Below the pieces are notes generated by a model. It was given only the letters and a program-made list of their open reading frames with translations. It did no database searches and had not been told where the DNA came from. From a virus (lineage: Duplodnaviria > Caudoviricetes), in the IMG/VR virus record IMGVR_UViG_3300021167_000382, positions 32,001 through 96,000 of that record: 64,000 bases of DNA. One strand, written 5' to 3'. Of the stretch, positions 21,008 through 31,231 are shown in pieces. A program made the position numbers and the translations under genes. Each line of letters begins with the position of its first letter. The stretch's first letter is position 1.

Positions 21008-22663
21008 ATGTCTGACAACAATGAAAATACCCCCATCACTGAAGAGGATATCTTGGATGATATCCTTAAAACCAATGGTGAGGACGCTGGTGCCGTGGAT
21101 GTACCGAATGTACCCGTGATCGAAGAACCTACTGCTGAAGAAATCATTCAAGCTACGGTTACGGTTGATGAGGAGATCATTCAACAATCGGACGAAGCTG
21201 AAGACTATAGCCCGAAGCACACCAACCCGAATGTCAAGGAATACTTCCAGGTTCTGGGTGAAACGACCCAAGGGTCTCCTGACACCATCGAACTTCCGCC
21301 GGATACTTTCGAAAATGTCATTGAAAATATTCAACGCGCACCGAATCTGGACACGGGTGGAACCGAAAAGGCACGTCATTGGAACAACGTGATGCAACAA
21401 TCATTAACCTACATGCCTTTCAAGGGTATGTACGTTAACCGGTTGAATGATCAATCGTCTAATTTCAGCCAAGTCCTGGAATACGGCGGGGATCGTCTGT
21501 ACGGCGCTGCGCCGAGTAATCGCAATAAGCCCGGTGTTACTGAAGTTGAGGGTGAGCGTGCTATTCTGAAATTGGTGACGCAGTTGGGTATCGGCGGTCT
21601 TCATCGTACGCCGTTGTATAACAGTGGTTTCTGGGTGTATTTCAAACCAGCAGCAGAAACAGAACTACTGGAACTGAACGCTATCATCTCTCAGGAAAAG
21701 ATCTCCCTAGGGCGTGACAGCTATGGCCTAGCACACACCAACCATGTATCGTTCGCACTGTCTCGTGTCTTCGAACTAGCACTGCGGCATGTATACGAAA
21801 CTTCGGTGAAGCAAAGCGAGCTTCCGCTGAATAAACTGGGTGACCATATCGCACCGCAGGACATCCATGCATTCATCTGGGGTTTCCTCTGTGCCAACTA
21901 CCCGTCCGGTTTCCACTATGAACGGGCTTGTTCGAACAATCCGACCAAGTGTAACCACGTGGTCAAGGGTAACCTCTCTATTCCGAAGACACTGGTGGTG
22001 GACACCGAACGTCTGAATGACTGGCAGAAGAACCACATGCGATCCTTTGCCGCTGGCAGTATGACGTTGGCAGATATCAAGCGCTACTATAGCGAACTGA
22101 CTCATCTGCATAACCGCCGAATCATTCTGAACAAGGGCACAGACTACGAACTAGCATTCACGCTTCGTACACCAACGATCCGTCAGTACATCGATCAAGG
22201 CTTCAAGTACATCAACGCTTTAGTCGAAAGTGTGAATCGCTCTCTGTCGATTGATATCTCGAACGATCAACGCGACATCGCTATCGATCAGAACTCTCGT
22301 GCTGAAAAGCTTTGTCAGTGGATTCATTTCTTCGAATCGATCGAATTCGGTAACCTGTCGGATGAAAGTAACCTGAGTGCTTCGGTGATCAAGGACCATG
22401 ACACTATCGTTCGTTCCCTGGCCACGCTGTCTTCTACAGATAGCATCAGTGAGCAGATCATCAATGAAGTCGTTCGCTATGTGGAAGATAGTACCATTTC
22501 CATCATGGCTATTCCGGCCTATGACTGTCCTGCTTGTGGAACTGCGCAAGAGCAGCAAGTCGATGTCCGTTATCCACGGATGGCCGCTTACATTCCTCTG
22601 GACATCCTGCAAGTTTTTTTCGGGCTACTTGCTCGTCGGATGAACCGGATAATGAATCGTTAA
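21008..22663 (+). CDS. Conserved protein with Cys motifs, putative tail/baseplate assembly chaperone (gp77-like)
   Basis: Likely start MSDNN at 21008; 'CSNNPTKCNH' and 'CPACG' motifs; slippery site near the 3' end. Confidence 0.7.
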   Translation: MSDNNENTPITEEDILDDILKTNGEDAGAVDVPNVPVIEEPTAEEIIQATVTVDEEIIQQSDEAEDYSPKHTNPNVKEYFQVLGETTQGSPDTIELPPDTFENVIENIQRAPNLDTGGTEKARHWNNVMQQSLTYMPFKGMYVNRLNDQSSNFSQVLEYGGDRLYGAAPSNRNKPGVTEVEGERAILKLVTQLGIGGLHRTPLYNSGFWVYFKPAAETELLELNAIISQEKISLGRDSYGLAHTNHVSFALSRVFELALRHVYETSVKQSELPLNKLGDHIAPQDIHAFIWGFLCANYPSGFHYERACSNNPTKCNHVVKGNLSIPKTLVVDTERLNDWQKNHMRSFAAGSMTLADIKRYYSELTHLHNRRIILNKGTDYELAFTLRTPTIRQYIDQGFKYINALVESVNRSLSIDISNDQRDIAIDQNSRAEKLCQWIHFFESIEFGNLSDESNLSASVIKDHDTIVRSLATLSSTDSISEQIINEVVRYVEDSTISIMAIPAYDCPACGTAQEQQVDVRYPRMAAYIPLDILQVFFGLLARRMNRIMNR

Positions 22664-23085
22664 GGTTTCCTGGGGACAGTAGTTTTATCGACCATCCCTC
22701 ACAGGTCACGGATTTCATTAGAAAGTCACTTGAGAAACTTCCAGTAATGGAGTATGACCAAGCACGTTCAGTGATGAGAGAGTTATATGAAACTGAGTTT
22801 GGGATCTTCAACCATCTCGGTCAAGATAAAAATCCAATCGCTAGTGTACTTCATCATAAATGTGAAGAAGTATGGTTGAATAGTGGTGTCCGTGAACTGA
22901 TTGAAGAGTTTGCCGTGTACAATATCGGTGAGTTGTTCAATATCAGTTTGGTTGAGTATCTCTCCATGCCTCGTCCTTATGTAGCGATGATACGAGAGAT
23001 CAAAGACAACGTCCTCAAGAAACGAGATACGATCGTATCTGCCGTCGAGCGAGAAGTCTTTAAAGAGACTAAGAAGAAAACGTAA
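22621..23085 (+). CDS. -1 frame extension or small tail-chaperone-like ORF
   Basis: Open -1 frame through the slippery site; first downstream ATG (22747) lacks a clear SD; 'LFNISLVEYLSMP' motif. Confidence 0.55.
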   Translation, partial: RATCSSDEPDNESLRFPGDSSFIDHPSQVTDFIRKSLEKLPVMEYDQARSVMRELYETEFGIFNHLGQDKNPIASVLHHKCEEVWLNSGVRELIEEFAVYNIGELFNISLVEYLSMPRPYVAMIREIKDNVLKKRDTIVSAVEREVFKETKKKT

Positions 23086-23087
23086 TA

Positions 23088-23121
23088 GACACCCTGGGAG
23101 GCAACTGCCTCCCAGGGTGTC
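23088..23121. terminator. Hairpin between convergent genes, GGAGGCAACTGCCTCC family
   Basis: gacaccctgggaggc-aact-gcctcccagggtgtc. Confidence 0.7.
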
Positions 23122-23127
23122 GTTTGC

Positions 23128-24789
23128 TCATAGCTGAGAACGTGGCTTAACTACCAATGCGGTATTCATCCGGATTAAGCGAAGGCGCCGTTTTGTTTCA
23201 ATGTAAGACTTAATACGACTAGGGTCAAGTTTTGTCAATAGTCCTAGTGCATTCTTATCAGTGAAGATCATTTCATCGATGTAGCTGTCCAGATTTGTTC
23301 CTGTACTATGGAAGTTACCTTGATGAGTCATATGAAGAATTCGATACACGGAAGTAAACATCCACTCTTCCAATTTCTCATATCGATCAAGACTGCCAAA
23401 ATCGGGATCTGCGGCGAGCAATTCATTAAAGGCGGCTACCACCTTCAGAAATGCTTTTGGGTGCTTAGAGAGCCGTTTAAGGGCATTGTAGAGGGGAGAT
23501 GAGATCTCCGGTAATGCAGCAAGTCGTACATGATGTACATCGCGCATAGAAAGTGGCGTTAATGAGCGAATCATTAAGTCAGGCGTCACTTCAATCTTTT
23601 CATAAGACTGCAGTTCACCATTGACATAGTGCTCCACATGAAAAACGGAAAAGAACAGTTTAGTCAGATAAGGGCTTTCTGTTTTTAGGAAGTCCAAAAT
23701 ATCCGAATCGATTTCATAATCGCCTAGGTCAGTTAAACTGAGTAGGTCATGTTTAGTTTCATCCAAGAAACAACGAGCGATGAATACTGATGCGGTATGT
23801 TGCTTAACATCAGGCTTGAACGTGTCGAAGCTGGGAATGAGTAAAGGTTGATCTAGGTACCGAGGGGTGTTAGTACGAGAGCCTAGTGCGAACCCACTCA
23901 CTGCGTTCATACCGTGTGAGTAATATGCTTTAGTGGTGTCATAGTCAACCACATCTTCTAGATACTTGGTATAGATATCCGGCATGAATTCATTATGCAC
24001 TGCGATCGGATAATGTAAGAAACACTGGTCAGGACGCCAGTACGTATAGCGATAAACAAACTTCGTTTGCCAGACGCCTTTGTCTCGATCATACTCTGGT
24101 TTTTCAGGAGAGACAGTGAAATCAAAAGAACCAAGAATCTGACTTTGTTTCTCATGGATCACTGGAACTGACTTAACGCCTGCTTGGTCAGTTAGGGTAC
24201 TAACGCGACTAACGCGATGTTTATTAAAGTAATCCATCAATGTCTCACCGTAACCTTCGTTCTTCTCACGAAGCGTGTGGACATCTGTCAGTATGTAAAG
24301 AAATTCAGCAGGAATAGGGAAGCTGTAAACGATGTGGTGTAGTGTGGTTTCACGGCCACGGTTCGCTTTGGTAATCTGCGTTGCGATCCACTGTCGAACT
24401 TCGGTTTCACTCGTAGAACGATAGGAGAAGGTAATCTCCATTTTTGAAGGGAGATAAATCGGACGAAGACTGAAGTTCAATTTCGGATCAGAGAAGATCG
24501 GTGCGTTATCCCAACTATGTGAATTAACTTCTTGCACAGCATCCACATCGTAGTCTTCAACTACATCCACAGTGACTAAGTCATCACTGGTAAACTTGGC
24601 TTCGTTCTCTTGACCTAGTTCACTGATCGCACTGCCCGTGGAGCGAACTGTACCACGCTTACCTGCATAGATCACTTCTACATCTTTAGACATGCCAAGA
24701 ATATCACGAACCTGATCGATGACCTGGTAAATACTAGGCCTTACGACGATTTGTTCGATATCTGGCAAAGGAATAGTTACTGAAGGCAT
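23128..24789 (-). CDS. Conserved virion structural protein
   Basis: 553 aa downstream of the capsid gene, GAGG SD; N-terminus resembles phiKZ-like virion proteins. Confidence 0.6.
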   Translation of the reverse strand: MPSVTIPLPDIEQIVVRPSIYQVIDQVRDILGMSKDVEVIYAGKRGTVRSTGSAISELGQENEAKFTSDDLVTVDVVEDYDVDAVQEVNSHSWDNAPIFSDPKLNFSLRPIYLPSKMEITFSYRSTSETEVRQWIATQITKANRGRETTLHHIVYSFPIPAEFLYILTDVHTLREKNEGYGETLMDYFNKHRVSRVSTLTDQAGVKSVPVIHEKQSQILGSFDFTVSPEKPEYDRDKGVWQTKFVYRYTYWRPDQCFLHYPIAVHNEFMPDIYTKYLEDVVDYDTTKAYYSHGMNAVSGFALGSRTNTPRYLDQPLLIPSFDTFKPDVKQHTASVFIARCFLDETKHDLLSLTDLGDYEIDSDILDFLKTESPYLTKLFFSVFHVEHYVNGELQSYEKIEVTPDLMIRSLTPLSMRDVHHVRLAALPEISSPLYNALKRLSKHPKAFLKVVAAFNELLAADPDFGSLDRYEKLEEWMFTSVYRILHMTHQGNFHSTGTNLDSYIDEMIFTDKNALGLLTKLDPSRIKSYIETKRRLRLIRMNTALVVKPRSQL

Positions 24790-24834
24790 CTGCCACCTCT
24801 AGATTGTTTTTAATTCACTTGATCCATGACAGAC

Positions 24835-24868
24835 AAAAAACATCCACCGGGAAAACCCGGTGGATGTC
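24835..24868 (-). terminator. Terminator of the major capsid gene
   Basis: acatccaccggg-aaaa-cccggtggatgt with an A-run on its left. Confidence 0.75.
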
Positions 24869-24884
24869 TTGGCCTTTTTCAGGA

Positions 24885-27065
24885 TTACAGCTGCTTGACC
24901 TTGAGGAAGGACTCGTCGAAGACCTGGCCGATGTTGGTAACTTCAACCATAGCGGCAACGGGGAGGTGTTCCACGAAACGATAGCGCGGCTGCACGATCG
25001 TCTCACGAGACATGGACTCACCACGCGGCACGTTGGCAGAGATCACGGTTTCAGCGGACCAAACCAGGTTACCCCAGTTCAGGATGTTCGGCGTTTCGTT
25101 GCGGTTTTCACCCAGGACCACGAAGGTCATGAAGATCTTGCCGCGGAAGCGCTTGTCGAGGGTATCGACGATGCGAACGTCGAACTTCTCGGACAGTGCA
25201 CGGACTTCGCCGTCGATCTGCAGGTAACGACGGATGTACGGATCGGTAGCGATCACAACGGTCGTGTTGCCGATGAAGCCAGTGGCCATCTTGGCAGACT
25301 CGTATTCCGACTGGATGTACATCGAGAAAGCCACATCGCGCAGCTTGTTGATGATCGAGGCGGCAACGTTCTTGGCAGCGTCTTGGCTGTCAAGAGTCTG
25401 AGACATGGCAACGGCGTCCAGTGCGTTCACACCGGTCAGTTCAGCCAGGTAAGGCTTGACATGGAAGCGGGCAGCGCCCAGACCTTGCGGTGCATCTTCG
25501 TTGTTGAACGGAACGGCCGTGAAGGCGCGCAGACGGTCAACGGCTTCGAAGATAGCGGTAACGCAATCGCCAGCCAGACGGAAGCGGGTCGTCGTAACCA
25601 GGGTCTCGTAATCGCTGGCATCGTGTTCGCCGTTGGAGGCAACCGGACGCTGAGCGGTGATCGGAGAAAGCAGCGGCACTTCGTACAGCTGAACGAACTG
25701 GTTGCGGTCGATGAAATCACCGCGCTCACGCAGATTGACGTTGGTCTTGTAAGCCTTCAGATCGTAACCGACAACGGTGCCGCCGGAGATCAGGGCTTGC
25801 AGTGCAACAACCTTGGCGTTGGTAGCCGGCAGTTCTTGCATGTTGGCATCCAGAACGCGGACGATGGACAGACGCGGGCCGTGTACCATAACGTTGCCGT
25901 ATTCGGTATTGACCGTGCCGTCGACGCCGATGTCGAGGACCAGGGAGAGGTTGTCCAGAACCAGGGAATCCAGATCAGCCAGAGCACCACCACCAACTTG
26001 CTTGGTTGCGTTGTTCAGGACGACATACTTGGAACGGAAGTTCAAACGACGATCTTCCGGGCGACCCTGTTGGTTGTAGACGAAGTTGGCACCTTGACGA
26101 CCGTAGACGTTGATGGCGACGATGTCATCACCCAGCTTGACGTACAGGTTGTTCAGGGAGATAGCCGGATCAAGCGTGTCGGTCTGGTTGGCGGAGCCGG
26201 AGGTCAACTGAGCATCGGTCTGGGACAGGCCGATAATGTTGGCTTCAGCGCCGATCTTCAGCGGCGAGGTCTGGAAGGCAGCGCCTTCAACCGTGTAGTC
26301 AACCGGAGCGATCAGAGCAGAGTCAACAAACTTGTCAGCAGCGGTGGCACGGAAGACCGGAACGACGGCGTTCTTCGAGCGCGACAGGACAGTGTGGTCA
26401 ACCGGGGCGCGGGTCAGGTCAATCTTCTGCAGCTCTTGCGCACGGCCAGAGACAGAATGGGTCAGGCCACGATGAATGGTCAGGCGATTGACGATGATGC
26501 CCAGGCCGATCTGGTCAGCCGGCAGGGTCAGCAGCGGATACAGGGTTTCACCGAATTCAGACTGGAGCGGAACCGAGTAGTTGTAGGCCATGGTGTACAG
26601 GGCCGATTGACGCTGTTCGCGCTGGTCGAAGGCTTCGACAGCAGCAACGATCTTCTGCGAACGCTTGCCAGCAAAGCCAGGAACGTGTTCGGCGGAGACA
26701 GCAAACATTTCAACACCAGCGGGTGCGGAGACGCCAGCGATAGAAGTTTGACGAGCGATGTGGCTGTCACGAGCGGCCAGAGCGAAACCACCTTGCAGAG
26801 CAGCCGATTCGGCGGCCATGACAACACCGGTCTTCTGGGTGCCGAGCTTGGAGGTAACAGCAGAGATGACAGCGGAGAAGTTGCTGGCAACGGTGTCGAT
26901 CTGCATCGTGTCGCTTTCCGAGATGGACTCGGTAGCGAAAACACGACCAGCGACAGCGGTGTCCGGCATAGCCAGAGAAGCAGCGGCGACAGAGAACTTC
27001 TTCAGCAGGTTGACATCGTGGTTCACGGCTTGAGCGCCAATACCACCTTGAGAACGCAGACTCAT
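24885..27065 (-). CDS. Major capsid protein (phiKZ gp120-like)
   Basis: 726 aa from MSLRSQ; propeptide with ATES/AAES/AVEAF sites; 'QSEFGETLYP', 'TNVNLRERG', 'VIATDP', 'VQPRYRFVEHLPV' motifs; very strong codon bias. Confidence 0.9.
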   Translation of the reverse strand: MSLRSQGGIGAQAVNHDVNLLKKFSVAAASLAMPDTAVAGRVFATESISESDTMQIDTVASNFSAVISAVTSKLGTQKTGVVMAAESAALQGGFALAARDSHIARQTSIAGVSAPAGVEMFAVSAEHVPGFAGKRSQKIVAAVEAFDQREQRQSALYTMAYNYSVPLQSEFGETLYPLLTLPADQIGLGIIVNRLTIHRGLTHSVSGRAQELQKIDLTRAPVDHTVLSRSKNAVVPVFRATAADKFVDSALIAPVDYTVEGAAFQTSPLKIGAEANIIGLSQTDAQLTSGSANQTDTLDPAISLNNLYVKLGDDIVAINVYGRQGANFVYNQQGRPEDRRLNFRSKYVVLNNATKQVGGGALADLDSLVLDNLSLVLDIGVDGTVNTEYGNVMVHGPRLSIVRVLDANMQELPATNAKVVALQALISGGTVVGYDLKAYKTNVNLRERGDFIDRNQFVQLYEVPLLSPITAQRPVASNGEHDASDYETLVTTTRFRLAGDCVTAIFEAVDRLRAFTAVPFNNEDAPQGLGAARFHVKPYLAELTGVNALDAVAMSQTLDSQDAAKNVAASIINKLRDVAFSMYIQSEYESAKMATGFIGNTTVVIATDPYIRRYLQIDGEVRALSEKFDVRIVDTLDKRFRGKIFMTFVVLGENRNETPNILNWGNLVWSAETVISANVPRGESMSRETIVQPRYRFVEHLPVAAMVEVTNIGQVFDESFLKVKQL

Positions 27066-27118
27066 GGGATAATTCCTTCCTTCTTTGTGGAACTTGTTAA
27101 AAAACTTGATCAAGGTTT

Positions 27119-27820
27119 CTACTGCGAGGAACTGACTCGAAGCGCATCCAAATAGATGTCGTACCACTGACACTGGTTTACCGTATTTACCGGCATCACC
27201 GCATAAGCAGCCTTCAACACATCGGAAATGAACTTCAATTTGGAGGCTTTATCCTCCATCTGTTCGAGAAAGCCTTCCTCCACAACAATATAGATGCTGC
27301 TTTGGTAGCTAACCACTCGATAAGTGAGTGTGCTCTTTTCAGGCTTCATAATAAAGCCTGCAGAAGGACAGATGACACACTCCTCTTCATTGTCACTAAT
27401 GCCATGTTCTTTCTTATAGGCAGTAGGTGTCAGATAGGATTTTACAGCGTCAATGACATGTGATTGCTTCGTGTGGAAAGAAATCACTTTGCTGTATTCT
27501 GCTTCATCAGCCGGTGTGACACCGGTGTAGAACGCGTCATCGATATACTTGTAACTGAAATCAGGATTACTCACCAACCAGTTATCAAAGAATTGGTTAA
27601 CCTCTGCCGCCATCAGGTAATTCATCGCCAGATCATCCAAGGAGCAGATTTCTCGAGCTTTCTGATAGGACATGAAGCCTTCGATACAGTGCTTCTTCGT
27701 AAAGCGATGATGAATCGCGGCATGGATAGCCACGACGTTAATCGAACGAAGCGACACTGGTTCAGAGTTCTCTCCGCGATCGGAATCTAATCCGATCACG
27801 TCATTTGTAATGAATGCCAA
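27119..27820 (-). CDS. Conserved protein upstream of the capsid gene (gp119-like)
   Basis: 233 aa, AGGAG SD, lies between helicase and capsid genes. Confidence 0.65.
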   Translation of the reverse strand: MAFITNDVIGLDSDRGENSEPVSLRSINVVAIHAAIHHRFTKKHCIEGFMSYQKAREICSLDDLAMNYLMAAEVNQFFDNWLVSNPDFSYKYIDDAFYTGVTPADEAEYSKVISFHTKQSHVIDAVKSYLTPTAYKKEHGISDNEEECVICPSAGFIMKPEKSTLTYRVVSYQSSIYIVVEEGFLEQMEDKASKLKFISDVLKAAYAVMPVNTVNQCQWYDIYLDALRVSSSQ

Positions 27821-27933
27821 ATTCCTACTCCTTTTAAGTGCTTATCCATAAGAGTTCGAATTACTTGAAAAACTCTTTTATTTTGAGGGTGTAATCGTTT
27901 GACCAATGCTACAAAAAATAAAGAGGTAAGCCC

Positions 27934-29085
27934 TTGGACCCGAATCTCATTTTGATCAAATGTATTACTTTACTTTTCCGTGAAAGTCTCCTTGAGAATA
28001 ACACGGACTATAGCAATGAACTTGTAAAGACGGTAGTTAGCCGTCTTCAAATCGTTGACATGGACATCGGTATCTCAACTCGCCGATCCGTGGCGGTTGG
28101 GTTAAAAGATCTTGTTTTAGAGATGTGTCGTAATCCAGAATCTAAAACGTACGATATCTCTGACTTCCTTCAACAGATACGGTTGATAACAAACGGTGAT
28201 CAGAACATCTACACCGCTATTTGCCAGGGACTGGAGGCGGAGCTCACGCCAGCTGCACTAAAACGAACGATCACTAACCTTCGTAAAGCGATTGGTGACC
28301 ATTTCCGTGAACAGAAGATCGGTGATATCTTCAAGCGAGCCAGTCGTGACTTCAACTTTGCACGACAGAACATCGAAGACATCCATCTGTATGTTCAGAA
28401 CGTGATCAATGAACTGACCGTGGCATCAACGAAAACGTCAGCGAAAGACCCTGGAATCATTAAGACCATGGACTTCACTGATGAAGCCAGTATGCTTCAA
28501 GTCTTCAGTGATGTAGCGGCATCGAATACAGGTGACCTACCCTTCATGACTGGGTGGCGTGAACTGAATATGGCATTGCAAGGCGGCCCTCGTCCTGGAG
28601 ATGCCTTAGTTATCGGCGCATTGCAACATAACTACAAAACAGGGATGTCATTGAGCTTGTTTGCTCACATGGCGTGCTACAACACACCCAAGTGTAAGGA
28701 CCCAACCAAGAAACCGTTGATCTATCGTGTTTCACTAGAAGACCCACTACGTAATAATGCTCAGTTCCTCTACCAGTTACTGAAGTATGAAGAGTCTGGT
28801 GTTGCGTGCGATATCAAGGGTATCGCTGTTGAGGACATGATTACTTATGTCAAACATCGACTCTCAGCCAATGGCTTCCACGTTATCATTGATGAGGTTA
28901 ATCCATCGAACTGGACATACCAGTCACTTTTCAATCGTATCATTGAACTAGAATCTCAAGGTTATGCGGTTGAAGTACTCTCGATTGACTATCTGTCTAA
29001 GCTACCGACCACTGGCTGTGTCCAAGGGTCCATGGGTGATGACATGCTGGACCTTCTTGTGAAGACGCGGTCTTTCTGCGCTGCT
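27934..29085 (+). CDS. DnaB-like replicative helicase, exon 1
   Basis: 'TGWRELNMALQGG', variant Walker A 'GALQHNYKTG', 'SLED', Walker B 'LSIDYL'; frame stops at the intron-initial TAA. Confidence 0.85.
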
Positions 29086-29489
29086 TAATTTGTGTATCTC
29101 ATCATTTTCTTGCATTGTTATGAAAAACGGTAAACGGTGTAAAGGATACACATTCAGGCCATTGGAGTAGTAATACTCCGATTGTATTTCTTTGAATTGA
29201 CGGGAAACCCCTGAGAGCCTTCTCTACCAAGCACAGTGATGAAAGTCTTGTGTGGCCGGAATAATTACCCGGGTATGGTAACAAAGAGAATGGATTGGGC
29301 AATCCGCAGCGAAGCACCCGGGAGGGTGAACGTTCAACGACTAACCCTTTAGCAAGGTGTAGGGGGCAAGTGCCCTCGAAGCGGAGAACGCCCTAGAAAT
29401 AGGGTGAAGATATAGTCTGTTCCTACATGAAAGTGTGGGCGGGTGTCTAAGTACACCGGGATAGCGTAACGACCTATCTGGACAAAAAG
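29086..29489 (+). mobile_element. Group I self-splicing intron (IA2/T4 td-like), no homing endonuclease ORF
   Basis: P gaattgacgggaaa (29194), Q aatccgcagc (29301), R gttcaacgacta (29332), S aagatatagtct (29407); P3 ttctttg/cggagaa; starts TAATT after an exon U; ends taacgacctatctggacaaaaag like the td 3' end; excision restores the frame. Confidence 0.9.
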
Positions 29490-29861
29490 CAAAGCATTCT
29501 ACTCATGACGCCGCATCAGCTTTCTACTGAAGCTAAACGTCTCCTACAGACCGTCCCTGCGGATCAGTTTCTACACCACATCAAGGGCGGCGGTTTCTTT
29601 GAAAAGACAAAGGGTCTTGATCGTATCTACGACATTGGTATTTTGGTGCATAAAATCGAAACACCCGGTGGTGATTGGCTACATGTAGTCGTTGATAAAC
29701 ATCGATTCCCGAGTGTCGTGGATTCTTCATTGAAATCGTTCTATTTGAAATTCCCATCCTCTATGATGCCGATTCCTTCAAACATTCACAACGAAGATAG
29801 TAAGATCTTCCGTAAACTACCTAAAGTCTCCGTCTCAGCGGATGATTCTTTCTTCTCATAA
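29490..29861 (+). CDS. DnaB-like helicase, exon 2
   Basis: 'QSILLMTPHQLSTEAK...VDKHR' are DnaB C-terminal motifs; spliced product 507 aa. Confidence 0.85.
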   Translation, partial: QSILLMTPHQLSTEAKRLLQTVPADQFLHHIKGGGFFEKTKGLDRIYDIGILVHKIETPGGDWLHVVVDKHRFPSVVDSSLKSFYLKFPSSMMPIPSNIHNEDSKIFRKLPKVSVSADDSFFS

Positions 29862-29869
29862 GCGACACT

Positions 29870-29897
29870 GACCAGGAGGCCTGAGGGCCTCCTGGTC
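29870..29897. terminator. Hairpin between convergent genes
   Basis: gaccaggaggcc-tgag-ggcctcctggtc. Confidence 0.7.
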
Positions 29898-29901
29898 TAT
29901 T

Positions 29902-30504
29902 TCATTCACCTACTGAAGGTTCTGTTGCAGGACAGGATCTAAAAAAATAATCCTGATCCGTGGCAGGCGGTCTGCCCTTATAGTGAAGATGATGCGTGAA
30001 ATACGGAACATCGTCATACTTCAGTTTCTCAAACGTATATTCACCGAACTCATACTGCGCCTTCACACCAGGATGCCTGTGCGCAGTTAGTCTATACACA
30101 GCGAGTCTATAGACTTCTTGAATATAGAGTTTCTCTTCTTTTTGGTGTAAAAAGAAAACACCATAATTTATCCAAGGTAACTTCGGCGGTTCCTTATATT
30201 CAATCAGAATGGTATTTTCCAAGCTGGGTCGATGGGGGTGATACTGTTTTAAGAAGTCAGTCACAGTGACCGGGGACTTCAGTGCATTAGCGATATAGAC
30301 CGGATCGATCAGCGTCTGACTTGCTTTAATGTCGATCCATAGCCGCTTCATTTCCGGGTCAGTCAGGTCAGCTACAGGCGCATAGTAACCCTTAGGATCA
30401 TATCGACGACGTGTCGGCTGGATGACGATAGGTTTCTTATCTTCATCACACTGGTGAAATCGATACAGCACTACTTGTTCATTTGTCTGTTTCCATTCTC
30501 TCAT
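29902..30504 (-). CDS. Hypothetical protein
   Basis: 200-aa ORF, AGAGG SD. Confidence 0.65.
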   Translation of the reverse strand: MREWKQTNEQVVLYRFHQCDEDKKPIVIQPTRRRYDPKGYYAPVADLTDPEMKRLWIDIKASQTLIDPVYIANALKSPVTVTDFLKQYHPHRPSLENTILIEYKEPPKLPWINYGVFFLHQKEEKLYIQEVYRLAVYRLTAHRHPGVKAQYEFGEYTFEKLKYDDVPYFTHHLHYKGRPPATDQDYFFRSCPATEPSVGE

Positions 30505-30553
30505 AAAAACCTCTGCGTTATCAACCTAGGGGAAAAGTCCCCTAGGTCTTTTT

Positions 30554-31228
30554 TCAGAAGCTGACGTAGCGGTATTGTTTTTTATCACCAAAAACATAAG
30601 TGACGCAGAATGCATCCGGTACTACATCGCTGATGTCTACAGATTTAGCGGTGTAAGTGTCAAATTTGGACCTAGTATCAGGACTAATATTTGACGAACT
30701 ATTTTGCTGTGGTGATTGCATTATTTCGTTACTGTCGCTCCAACAGATCTTGGAAGGTACAGTTAGCTCAGCAAAACGCATCAAGGACACCGATGCTGTA
30801 CTGACCCTGACTAAGCCAAAGACACCAAAGGTTTTAGTAGTCTGAAGCGTCGTTGGACGAGTGTCGATCTTTGGAAAGTAATGCATGATGCGCCGCCCGT
30901 ATCGCTTGAGCATCTGCACTCGACCTTCCTCACTGTGATTAATAGCCTCTATAACCAATGTTAAGCTGGCCTGGATCGCTTTAAACGCATAGCGTTGAAG
31001 GTAGAGATACAGCGGAGAATCAATCCCGTAGCGATTGTCATCAATCACGTAGGTTGTCTTTAGCTGACTTGGGTCATTGATCATCTTCACTGCGTGAGAC
31101 TTCGCATTATCTTCATCAAAATACTCAATGCAGCTGCGATCGAAAAACTCAGATGCTTCCACTGGCACAACTGCCTGATCAGAGACATCGTGATTCTTGT
31201 AAAAATAGCCAATCATTTTCTTTAACAT
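30554..31228 (-). CDS. Hypothetical protein
   Basis: 224-aa ORF coupled to the upstream gene. Confidence 0.65.
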   Translation of the reverse strand: MLKKMIGYFYKNHDVSDQAVVPVEASEFFDRSCIEYFDEDNAKSHAVKMINDPSQLKTTYVIDDNRYGIDSPLYLYLQRYAFKAIQASLTLVIEAINHSEEGRVQMLKRYGRRIMHYFPKIDTRPTTLQTTKTFGVFGLVRVSTASVSLMRFAELTVPSKICWSDSNEIMQSPQQNSSSNISPDTRSKFDTYTAKSVDISDVVPDAFCVTYVFGDKKQYRYVSF

Positions 31229-31231
31229 AGA

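Noticed and set aside
24804-27155. 783-aa + strand ORF antisense to the capsid gene (similar shadows at 1755-2726, 5998-7023, 32004-33020, 60969-61976, 62454-63449)
   Set aside because: Shadow ORFs caused by strong codon bias of highly expressed genes; no SD or protein-like motifs
29102-29317. 71-aa ORF inside the intron
   Set aside because: Antisense to the conserved ribozyme core; no homing endonuclease motifs
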